A stretch of 64,000 nucleotides of DNA from Trichosphaerium sp. ATCC 40318 (Eukaryota > Protista > Tubulinea), in assembly GCA_038496445.1 (NCBI GenBank), contig JALMLS010000076.1:62001-126000 (forward strand). Reading direction: 5' to 3'. Shown in pieces: positions 23,401-35,283 of this stretch. Both the position numbers and the translations under genes were made by a program. The notes beneath the pieces were generated by a model. That model did no database searches, was not told the origin of the DNA, and was given only the letters and a program-made list of their open reading frames with translations. Each line of letters opens with the position of its first letter. Positions within the stretch are counted from its first letter, which is position 1.

Positions 23401-26400
23401 CACCTTGATCACCATCTTGATTCGCATCATTAAAAATAGAGTCACCAATTTTGACCGTGTGAAGAGGAGTTGGCGGAGCTGTTGTTGGAGCAGCCGTTGT
23501 AGGTGGTGCTGCTGTTGTTGGAGCATTTGTTGGAGCATCGGTTGGAGCTTCGGTTGGCGGCGAAACAGTAGTTGGTGGAGTGGTCGTTGGAGGAGCCGTT
23601 GTAGGCGCAGCAGTTGTTGGAGGAGCTGTTGTAGGAGCAGCAGTCGTTGGAGGAGCTGTTGTTGGTGCGACTGTTGGTGCTGGTGTCGGTGGAGATGGGT
23701 GGAAACCGAAATCGAAAGAAGTATCGGAGAATCCAGCAGCTGGGGATGTGACAGGGGCACAAGACATGATAGTCTCTTCGCTAATTACAGCATACGATGC
23801 CAATTTACCATCGGAATCCAATAATGTGTTATCACCTTGGTATTGGAGAGAAGGAGCATACTCTTCTCCTAGACCGGCCTTGTAGTCAACACAAACAATG
23901 TAGTTTGTCTCAGGAAGCAATCCAGTTGTTTCGTCAAAGTGGTATGATCCGAAAACAGACTGTGTTTGAGAAACAATTTCTGTTCCGTCTTCGCTGAGGA
24001 GGTACACTGGCATGGATTGAAAGAATGGGAATTCACCATCTAAATTATGTGAGAGATGTGTTGGTTAAAGAAAATGAGTTGCGCACCATCAATGCCGTTC
24101 TCGTTGAAATCTTCGAAGATTGTATCACCAATAGATACTTCAGCAGGGGTTGGGGCAGCTGTTGGGGCGCTAGTAGGGACAGGCGTTGGTGGGGCAATGT
24201 AAAAACCGAAATCGATTGTCAAGTCTTCACCACTAGCTGGTGCGGTAACATTAGCACAAGACATCATCTATTTGAAGTATTAGGAAGTTAATTACGGCGT
24301 TTTTTTACGTACCAAATGACTGTATGCAGTGTAAATAGCAGCTATACCATTGGAATCCTCAAATTGAGCACCGATGTAAGGTCTGACTAATTCATACCCA
24401 TCACCGAGAGCGGTCTTGTAATCAACACATACGATGTACTTTCCTTCTGGCATCAAACCATCACTTTCGTGAAAGTAATATTCACCATCAACAGATGTTT
24501 CCATCTTGGCAATGACTTCAGAGCCATCTTCACTTAGAAGAACCATAGTGAATTCCTTATTAAAACTTCCATGAAGAACTAAATTTAGATTAGCTTTAGT
24601 ACTGTTACGTGTTTGCGAGAGTTTAAGTACCTTGTTTATCAGTTCTTTCTAAATCTTCCCAAACGTAGTTACCAATGCGAATTGGAACTCTAGTTGGGGC
24701 TGCGGTAGTAGGAGGAGATGTGGTTGGAGGAGGTGTGGTTGGAGCAGCAGTCGTTGGAGCAGCAGTCGTTGGAGCAGCTGTAGTTGGTGCTACAGTCGTA
24801 GGAGGCTGAGTTGTTGGTGCTTTTGTGGTTGGAGGCGCTGTTGTTGGAGGCGCTGTTGTTGGAGCTCTGGTTGTTGGCGGTCTCGTGGACGGCGGCAACG
24901 TAGTTGGAGCTACAGTAGGCACAGCAGTAGGTGCATGAGTAGCAGGTTCGATAACACCAATGGCAGTTTTGATAACAACCTTCTTTGGAAATTTAACGAG
25001 CATAGGAATTACGTGGTCGGTTTGACGAGTCCAGTGCTCATCAAAGAATTGACCAAGATCATCGTAGTGCTCTACAACCAAGTTGGTGTAGAAACGGTAG
25101 TAATCTTCAGTATCATTTTGAACCAATTTTGCACATTCGCGCATGTTAATCCACGGAATATTACCAATCCATGTGTCGTCACACTCACCTTCACGTACTT
25201 GCTTTTCCCAAAAGAAACCTGGGTAACCACATTTGGCGGATTCGACATGATCGAATTCAACAATAGAGTGGGTACGGTTGGCAACAAATGGAGATTGCAC
25301 AGCAACAGAAAGCATATCGCAGTGGTATGAGGGATCAAGATTCAGCAAAGGAATATGAGCAGTTACTAAGACAGCGTTAGTTTTAATGTCGCCAAACAGG
25401 CCATTTTTGTACGTACCTAAAGGATCAACGATAGCAAACTCGCAAGTTTCGTTTTGGACACGTTCATCACAGTTCCTTCCTTGGTAACCTGAGCGACAAG
25501 CGCACATTTTGTTACCGAAACCGAGTTCTTCGTTGTAGTCACGTTCTACGCATTGTCCTTCTACGCAAGTATCTTCGCATCTAGATAGCGGTTCCATACC
25601 AAGATTCATCATAGGGTGGTACTCGGTATCCTTGGAGTAGAAAGTGTCGAGAGCAAGAGCGGAGTCTGGATCAACAACATTCTCGTCACAGTTGCCGAGG
25701 ATAAGATGAAAGTGAGGTTGGGCCAATAGGTCTAATTCAACAACGCTCAGTGGTAGAACAACCTCATCAGAGCCTTTTGAAACATCAGCAATGACCTCAG
25801 CCATCTTAGATGTAGGGGCTAGACGTTCAGGATTGAAGCGTTCGTTCAATTCTTTCTAGAGAGAGAGTCAGTGGTGGCCATTGATGTGTATTGTTTAGAC
25901 TAATATTACGTACCCATCCATCCAAATTTTCGTTCCACACAGTATCTTCTGAGTGAGGGATTCTGTAGATAGCAACACAAGCTTTACCATCTTGAGTGGC
26001 TTCGGTTGTCATCTTAATTTTAAAGTCGGTACATGTAGTGTAGTCGAGAGATTTTCCCCAACAGCTAAGATCGAATTCCATAATGGAAAAGGCACACTTA
26101 TTGCCTGGGTAAATCACAAGGTCATCGTTTTCTGCGCGACCGTCGCTTCTACCGCCCCAGCAAGCTGGGTCTACAACACCAAGATCTTGCACGACACAAA
26201 TGTCGCTAACAACTGGGTACATATCAACGCTTGGTGTACATGGTTCGACATGTTCAATTCTGCAAGATGCTTCAAGAGGATTGGTCATGTAGTTTTCACC
26301 GCCAGAGATGGATGTGAAATGAACAAGTTTAGCAGCTACAACGAAATTAGAAAAAACTAACAAAAGGGAGATCGTACGCTCTGAATAAACTGTGATTTCC

Positions 26401-29400
26401 TTTGAATCAGAAATTGGTCCAATCTTAACATCGTATGTGCAAACAAAAGTTGCTGTAGGTTCAAGATCGCCAAGGCTGGCTGAGCTTTCGAATAAATCAC
26501 CTTGGAAACTTCTTTCTGTCTTTTCGTTATCGTAGAAATGGATACATTCCAGAGGACTGGCCAAAGTGAGCCCCTTTGTACAAGTTAGAACAGCAATAAA
26601 CAACCAAATTTTTTAAATCTAAATACTTACGTCAGGGATGACATCAGTAATCGCAACACCTTTAGCGATACTAGTTCCTTTGTTGTAAACAACGACAGAT
26701 AAACTGACGAAATTGCCAGAGTGAACGTTGCTGAGATCGTTGTTGATTGGTCTTTGGATGACTTGTAGACCATCGAGCATGCCAGAGTATCTTGGGTAAG
26801 GGGATTCAGGAGGTGATACACCCCATTCCACTTCCGGAGTAAAATAACCGTAAGTGTTGTCGGTGCTTACAACACCCTTTTGAATGCCCAAAAGAGGAGC
26901 TTTAAGTTCAATTTCAGAACGTGCGACCATGTTGGAGCCTTGATTTTCATTGCCAGTGATTTGAGTAGTAATTTTAAGACCATCAGGGAACGAATCGCCA
27001 GAAATAGTAGAACTGCACATCTAAAGTAATGGTTAAACTTGTGCGACTGTAAGTGGACTTACAAATTCAATGTAGGATTCTCTGTTGTTCACATCCTTAG
27101 AGTCACTAACTTCCAGGATTATCCGACTATCTGAACCGATGTAATAATCAACACTTCCAGATGGGAAATACGAGAGCCAAGTATTTGACGGGACGATTGC
27201 ACACTCGTCAGAAGCTGGGACGCCAGATTCCAATAGAGGAACAGGCTTTTTAGTGCTATCTTCTTGTGGCTTGAATACAGGGTATGGCAAGGCCAAAGTG
27301 AGCTAGCTCGTTTTAGAAAACAGTAATAAGAGGTGAAAAGTCTTACCTTCAAATCTTCGAAATTTGAGAAAGGCAATGTGTACTTGAACTTGTACGTGAC
27401 CACTTGACCAGCAGCACCGTATTCTAGTCCTTCTACGCCCTCAATAGCGAACGTTTCTATCTCAGATAGACCGTAGTCTAGGTTAGTGTTTGATGATTTA
27501 CTTAAGCTTGATACTCGAATAGATTCTTTGCTTGCACAGTCAACCATATCAAAAGTGATTCTAAACCTTTCATTAGTATGCTTTTGCTGGAAAACAACAA
27601 AGCGCGTACGCTGAGGTAGTAACAAATTTGGTTCTGTGAATCATTGTAGTTCCATCATGATAAGTTTCAGCAATTTGCACAGTGTATCTTATACGTATTG
27701 TTTGTTTTCCAGAAATTACATCATCTGCGCCAATCTAGCAACAGCATGTTAAAAGGAGCACAAGAACAAGAACATACCAAATTATAATCTTTCAATAATT
27801 GATCAACGTTGAATGTAAGAATCGTAATTTGACCAGTTGCATCAGATTTTTCGATAGTGTAAGAACTATCAGTATCTTCAACAATAATATCTGTGTCGCC
27901 GAATTCAAACTCGAAAGTTGTACCAACGCGGTTCAAACCGTCAGGAAGGCTTTCAGTAAGTACGAGATTTCTAACGCAAATTCCAGCGCCAATATCTACG
28001 CGAGGGGCATGGTCGCCAGTGTAGCCAGGGCGTTGACGGTTCCTTTTTTCTTGCCAACGTGTCAGAACAATAGGAGATATAGTTGGCTCAAGAGTTTCTT
28101 CTCTTTCGCTCCACTATGCTCTGGTTAGCCAACGTGACGGCGGTTTGTAAAAAAAAAAACTAGGATAAAAAGACGTACGGTTACACAACCACATTCTGGG
28201 TTGTAAACAGCCCAACGACTCGTAAATCCAAGTGAGACCTTGGCAGGATCGGCTGGATTGTTACCATATTCACACTTATTTTCTGGATCGTCGTACATAA
28301 GCTCAAATTGGATCTACGACTGGTAAGTACGTGATTATAACAAGAATGGAAATACGTACATCAAACTTGTCATCTTCATTGGCTTCCGTTTGGGCAATGT
28401 CGAAAATAACGAAGTTATTTTGCGCGTCGTAGATATCAGCCGGCAGTTCAGAGACAGTTAGAAACAAAGCGCCTTTTGTCAATCGGACAAAGCGAAAACC
28501 GCAAGGGAAATCTGTAATAAAACACAGTTAGCAAAGAACGGAAATTGGAAACAAAGCATCAGATACGTACCAACTTGCGTAGTGCCATTGATTGGCCACG
28601 TTCCAGCAGCCATATTTTCGGTTAATGTACATAGATGGCCTTGACCCTCAATAACATTTCCACCAACAGTCGATATTTTGACGCTCTCCTCAACAAGTTC
28701 AGGAGCGATAGCAATAGTAACGGCATTGAGAGAGAAGATACTAACGTAATTTAGCGGTTTTTGTGATTAACTGGCTGTAGTACCTTGGATAAAGAATCTC
28801 TGGGTCGGAATACTGAAATCCACCGCCAAAATGCGCTAACGAATCACTAGCGGCGAAAGTAGCCGAAGCAGCGATAGTAAGCTTGATAATGGCTTTAGCT
28901 TGACCAGGTGCGTATGAAAGGTATGGGAGGGGATATACATAGTATGTCTCTTTTACAGAGCCAGACGAACAAACCTTTTCGGCAACACCTACACGAAGTT
29001 AGTCAACAAATAGTAAAACGCGATTTTTTTTTTCAAAAGGCTTTGTTCTAAAGATAGAAAAAAAAAAGTTCTTGTGAAACGGCGCCAGCGTTTATTTCTT
29101 TAAAGGACGCTAAAAGGACAAAAAACGAAAAAATAGAAAGTTGTAGAGTAACGTACCTTCTTCGTCCCGCATAAGTACATGGTTGATACACGAATTAGGG
29201 TCGATAGAAGCTTTTTTCTTTAGCGGAACATCTTTGTCGAGATGTGTCGCTTCAGTAATAGTCAAACCTTCTGGTAGCGAAATGTCGATCATAGGACCAT
29301 AACCGATAGCATCGCCGCTGTTTTCCAGGCCAACATCTACAGTAAAAGTGTCGCCTGGGAGCACTTTAAAGGTGTTTTTATTTACAGTAAAGGTGGGGAC

Positions 29401-29536
29401 TAAAAGTGTGCGTTAGTTCGTTGCAAAAGAGTCTTTGTATAGGAGTAGTAGTACCTGCACCACCAGTCACCCCATGTACAGAGTTTATTACAACAATAGA
29501 TATATACAGAGCAAGACACACCGCCGGGAAGCGCAT
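14420..29536 (-). CDS. Giant (roughly 4000+ aa) type-I membrane adhesin-like protein: signal peptide, pilin/DUF11-like Ig domains, EGF, 12 SdrD-B-like domains with PT mucin linkers, ZP-like region, TM, cytoplasmic tail
   Basis: Start MRFPAVCLALYISIVVINSVHG; GDTFTVDVGLENSGDAIGYGPMIDISLP; VVVYNKGTSIAKGVAITDVIP; EGF CACRSGYQGRNC; repeated IGD.(I/V)FED.D.DG.Q...DSNG...SCA...IDFG; TM AGVGAGLCCCCIVFVAFFVI followed by RRKRRK. Confidence 0.85.
16380..24270 (-). repeat. Intragenic ~4.27 kb tandem duplication (copies ~16380-20005 and ~20650-24270) plus 15-nt PTTAA/PTTAP microrepeats
   Basis: Paired exons at offsets of 4264-4278 bp (e.g. 19776/24040, 17553/21829), with some introns nearly identical. 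Confidence 0.9.
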
Positions 29537-30630
29537 GATGTGTGTTGTGTAGGAACTTTTAAATTATGATTTCCTAACCTTTTTTTGCTACCTTGAAACT
29601 TCGCAGTTTTCACGGTTTTCTCCGACATAGAAAAGTGAAAAAAAAAAAACTGGTTCATATTTTCGCACGCTTTAGCGTTTTATATAACTCAATTTTTGTT
29701 GGGCACAATCGAAAACGAAACGACATTTTTTGCTTTTTTGAAAACTTCGTTCCTTTTTCATTTATAGACTTATCACTTTACAAGTCCGGTGCTTATTCTA
29801 CTTACGCGTAATGGTCTGGACGCCGATGATATTAAAGACATTAGTGCATTTATAAATAGCAAAAGCACCAAAAATACTAAGTAGGTTTGTATCGGCCTAA
29901 AAACCTGTTTCAAACCGATCGTATTCGTTTCAGACGCAATAGCTTTTTTTACCGAACAAACAAACTCCCTTTTCGAGAATTTCGGCTTTAGCTCATCACT
30001 CGCTTGCGAGACACATACAACACTCCCGCACAATACTTTTTGTAGGCCGGAGAAACAGCCGTGGTTCAAAATTCTGAAATAGTAAAAGAGATTATTCCGC
30101 CATAATTATTGAAATTCAATTCGCTGCAAACTGTTAGCTCCTAAAACGTAAATGGTGAAACTGCTCTACGCTCCCCGAAGTCATTTTAGGTTATATCGTT
30201 TATTTGCGTTAAAAAAGCGCCGTAATATTGTAAACACACACGCATTTCAACGGATCACAAGATAAGAACATACAAGAACCCTGGTACAGTATTCGGTACA
30301 CTTCTGCATAAACAACAAAAAAGGTGCAATGTGTCACCAAAAAAAACCTCAATCCAGTTCGGCCTTCTCTTTGTAGCCCCACTAGCCTCATCAACCGACA
30401 CCCTTTAAATAGTATTTTCCCATACAGTGATAACGCTTTACAAACAAACCACTGAAGATAGATCTAACGAAAAATGTGTTTATTGGTTCTTTTTTGTAAA
30501 TAGTCGCTATGACTTTATGAATACTTGTATTCTCTCCACTGCGCGTAATACGTTCAAGTAGGCAATGATAGAGCAGCTAAAATTAAATCTATTCATAAAG
30601 AACAAGAAAACTTTTTGGTTTATTGTAGCT

Positions 30631-31407
30631 CTACATGAAATTTGGTCTTCGTATTGTATCGCAGTCCATACAAGTAACCGAACCATCTGCTAATTGTGTA
30701 TAGCTCTCATAGTTCTTTCGTACTATTCTATTGCACTTTCCGCAATGCGTTGGTTTGAATGGAGGGGGATTCTTAAGCTTTTCAAAGTTGTAGTCATTTG
30801 TTACATACCAAGAGTAAGTCTCGGCGTCAAAATCTGTAAGACACTTCTTGCAAGTGCGCCAATCACCTCCATGGCCCTCTGTAGTATGATAGGAGCATAA
30901 CGTGTAGCGATCATGATTTCGACTGCAACTATTCCGCGCGTAAGAAAACATAACGTAGTCTTGTTGATCGTCGCATATCCACTTGTTACAACAGCTTGTG
31001 CGCCTCAACCTTCCTTTCTTTCCACACAGCCCACACTAGAAACGCGTAAATAACTCAATTGCATTCGTAGTACGCCGAAATGATACGCAGAAAACTTTTG
31101 CATTAAATTAAACATATTTTTTTTATGTAATTAGTTTGCGTACCGAAGGAACTTTGCGTGGTGCGCGATCTGGTTGGGTTGTAGCCTTAGCTTTTGTTTT
31201 CTGACCCGCACATTCGGGTTTGTGTACTTTCCAGTGCTTTGATTGGCACTCTCTACTACAATACCGCACTGTGAGGCAAGCGCCGCATTTTTTTAACTTG
31301 CCACCTCCCACACCTGTGTACGAGTTGCATCTCGCGCATGTAGTGCTTTCCGCCATCCCTTTACAGTGTTTTCCGCCACCCTTTTGCAGTGAAAACAATT
31401 TTACCAT
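30631..31407 (-). CDS. zf-MYND protein fused to a Cys/His-rich domain (2 exons; start may be 31356)
   Basis: CARC..LKKCGACLTVRYCSRECQSKHWKVHKPEC is a MYND finger. Exon 2 reads CGLCG..TSCCNKWICDD..SYARNSCSRNHDRYTLCSYH..EGHGGDWRTCKKC..CGKC..CMDC. Confidence 0.85.
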
Positions 31408-31739
31408 GTTTGAAATCTAGCAGTGTCTCTTTTGCGTAGCGATACCATACAACATGAAGTACTTCGCAAAAGGATCCATAAGGGCAGACTTTACCACTCG
31501 TGCTCTTAAACGCGGCATGTTTACTGTTGTCAGTCTAGACGCGCGTCGGATACACTGAGCTAGAGTTAGTATTTAAAAACACAGAGTTGACAACCCAAAC
31601 GTTACCCCTTTACATTTTCAATGCGCTACTCGTTGATAGTATGGCCACGGCTAGTTGTTTTGACATGGCAAACGAGGAGCAACTTTAGTAAAGGTTCGCA
31701 CTTAAATCCTGCTTATTTATTCATTTCAGTTTAGAACTA

Positions 31740-34700
31740 ATGGCACAAGTCACTTCGTTTGTAATTTGTGTATTCTTTGCGTTGTTCGCTAATAGCAAAG
31801 TGTCCGCTTTTACTTCTGACAACTACGTACAGCATGAAGTGCTTGTATCAAACGTGTACACTATTCACTGGACTGTAAATGAAACGGCAGGGGAGATTAG
31901 ATTGGCCTTGGAAGCACAAACCACCGGTTATGTTGCATTTGGTATTGGTGAGCCTACGAGTGGAGGGTACGCAACTTGCATCGGTGAAACAAAAAACTTT
32001 CTTATGTTCTAACAATAGATTTGGTGGCGCAGATATAGTTTGGGGCTACGTAGATGGTACGTACAAGTTTTCTCAAAATAAAGCAACGTACTAAAATCTT
32101 TATTAGATGACACAGGCTACATGGAAGTGAATGATATGTATACCGAGTCAGTACGTCAGAACCACTTTAAAACAAAAACAGACAAAAGCAGTTTTCAGAT
32201 TTTCTAAATACCGTGGTTAGGCAGATATCGCGCCTAAAAGAGATACTTGCCAACACTGGAAGCTTATTAGTGCCGAACAATCAAATGGTGCAACAATCAT
32301 GGAATTAAGCAGAAAACTGGATACAGGAGACCAAAATGTGCGTGTATAGACACAAAGCTTTCGTTCAGTTTAAAAAAATATCACTGAAGTTTCTGACCCT
32401 TCGCACAGGATCGCATCATTCAGCCAGGTTTGCATAGAATAGTTGGAGCGTGGGGATCCAGCGACAATTTCGCTATAAACAACCTTAACACCAGTACGTT
32501 CTTTGTTTTGAAATGAAAGTTCTAATGTCGTTGTAGCGGATTCTCCTATAACTTTCTACGGCGACAATCCACTTACTCCAGCAGTTGGGGCTCTTAAAAC
32601 AAGGATTTTGATCAGTGGTACTTATTGTAATAACAATAATTTCTAAGTCCATTCAGATCTACCTATTGCTGCTGATACAACTGCCCACAACTGCCATTTA
32701 CTTTCCCTTAGCGGCAACACAGCATACCATGCTATAATGGTACAATTGGTTATTCAAATATTGTCTTATAGTCCTAGTTTGAACCTATCATAGATAAAGA
32801 AGATTATTTACGTAGTATAAAGCTCTTTGATTGTACACAAGATTCACAAGATGACTCGAACTATGGTGCATCATGCAACTCAGTAGAAGTACGTATAATA
32901 TATTAATTTATAACTCTCCTTGTACTTACGGTTTGTAGGCTCGCCAAAATTGTTCGATCATATGGAGTTGGGGCAAAGGAAGCCCAGAATTTAGACTACC
33001 AGAAAATGTCGGTGCGTTACAACCAGATGCGATATTAGTACACTTGTATGACCTTGCTGTAGGATTTCCCATTGGCGAATCAGGTGCTAGGAAACTAGTT
33101 GTTCGTGTTACTTATGACAATCCAACACAACAAGCAGGTATTAAGGATAAGTACGTAATTGTTATTTTTTAAATAGTATTGTATTCTAATTCTTGCTGCA
33201 GATCAGGTGTTGCAATGTTTTTGACAACGACACTCAGGCCAATAATCGCTGGACTACTTAGCATAGGTGATCCTTTTATGAACCTTCCTTCAATACCAGC
33301 TGGAAGCTCAAGGGTAATACCATCTCTAATCTGCATTGTTCTAACTTCTTGTAGTATCATGTTGAAACGACGTGTCCTTCTGAATGTACAAATTCTGCTA
33401 AATGGAATCAAAACAATATTACCGTTTTCGGCAGTTTCTTTCAAATGCGCAACTATGGTATTAGTAACTTGTAAACCAATAAGCTATGCTAACAGCATGT
33501 AAAGGTAAACGTGTATGGACAACATTGACACGTGATGGTTCTGTTATTGAGGGAACAAATCGTGTAGATTTCTATGATGACGGTACGTTCACTAACCATA
33601 GCTTCTTAGTTGGCATACTCATCTTTGTAGAATACCACCAGTGGGCAAATGTAAACTATGTATTGAAAAGTGGTGATAGGCTTAACCTTCACTGTGAATA
33701 CGATACATCTACTGCTAGTTCATTGGTGTCATTTGGTGACGAGGGCACACAAGAGTCTTGTAGAGGATCTCTCATGTACTACCCCGCTATTGATGTAAAG
33801 TAAGCCTTGGTCAAAAAATACAACGCGCTAACGTTACCTAAGATACTGTGGTTTGGCATCAGGACAAGACACTATATGCGGTACTACTGCGCCTGAGGAT
33901 ATTCTTGCTGAACCAGCAACGCCTCCAACAGGAAATACAGGTACAGGGTTATAATTAAACTGCAGTAAGCACAGCTAACAATCATGTAGATGCACCTGAT
34001 TCTGGGATAGTTCAATTCGTGCAAACGCCAACTAGCTGTCCAGTTGGAACAATACCAGAAGCACCATCTACAACTGTTCCTCCAACAACTCAACCGACAC
34101 CTGAACCAACAACAAGTCAACCAACAATCCAACCAACGGACCAACCTTCAGGCCAAGCAACAGCCCAACCAACGACAAGCCAACCAACAACAAGCCAACC
34201 AACAACAACAACAAGCCAACCAACAACGCCACCAAGCACAGTTGCCCCATATAGCACCAATACACCTACAGCTTCTCCAACAAGTCAAATCCCATCTTTC
34301 AGTCCAACGGCAATAGCATCACCATCGCGATCAATTATTGTGACTAGTCCACCTATTAGACTTTTCCCAGTTGGAAATGATCAAACCATGCGTCTGTTGC
34401 TGACTATTGGAGTGACATACTATCCTCTGAAGGTTCACGATCTTGATTTAATTTGTGAGGTTGTTGTAGCTGCAATCAAGTTTACAGGAGAAATAGATTG
34501 CTACAATAACCGTGAACAATTAAAACGTTCAATTGAAGCAACTGGAGGTGTTTTGGTTACAATGCAAGGTGATAACGCAGTCGATAAAGGAATGAGTTTA
34601 ATCAAAGACTTTCAACTTCAACAACAAGTCGATGTAGCTATTAGAACTGTTGTTGGTGTCAACCTGGTACTGCTATTTCACGTTTTTTTATTTGAGCTAA

Positions 34701-35163
34701 CATGGTAGTAGTTACATGTTGCAGAAGTTGAAGACGAAACTGCAACAGGAGTACCATCAAAGAGTGTTTCACTAGGCATGTTATTTTTTTTGAGTTTCGA
34801 ACCTTGCATAGAATGCTGACTTGCTTTTCAGTGTACTTGATTGGTATCCCCCTATTGGCTGCCATTGTTATACTACTTGTTGTAAATGTAGTATTGTTCC
34901 GTAAGGCAGCCAAGAGGGTCAAAAAAGACAACAGAGCGAGAGATAATGGTGAATTTGAAATGACATCTCCAAGAAGACATTTAAAAAGAAAGAAGGATAA
35001 TGATTTCAAGTTGACTGGTGTTACATTACTAGAAAAAGCACCCGACGGTACTTTATCGCCACGAGGTGGTGACAGTGTCTTGTCCCCAAGAGACGATATT
35101 GATGAGGAAAATATACCTCTCAGCGCATCTGGATATGGTCCTGAAGATGACATAATGTTGTAA
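31740..35163 (+). CDS. DOMON + copper type II monooxygenase-like (DBH/MOXD1-like) membrane protein, probably catalytically dead
   Basis: Signal peptide, DOMON (TTGYVAFGIGE..GADIVWG), monooxygenase-fold motifs (LPENVGFPIG, YDNP..DKSGV, GDRLNLHCEYDT, MYYP), PTTSQ stalk, TM LIGIPLLAAIVILLVVNVVLF. Confidence 0.82.
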
Positions 35164-35283
35164 AAATCACCAAACTGAGAAGATGTAAAAACAAAACAAA
35201 AATATAACAAGTACACTATTTTTTTATCCGAGACTTGAATAAATGTTCTTATTGGTACAATGGTAATATTTGTAAGTATGTTC

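Noticed and set aside
15958-23885. Many antisense and alternate-frame ORFs (W/S/C/R-rich, L/Q-rich, VVGAA-rich)
   Set aside because: Shadows of the PTTAA-coding repeats in the adhesin gene.
16050-24940. Short direct repeats as a possible CRISPR array or transposon
   Set aside because: They are in-frame coding 15-nt mucin repeats without unique spacers. No cas, transposase or RT motifs were seen in the window.
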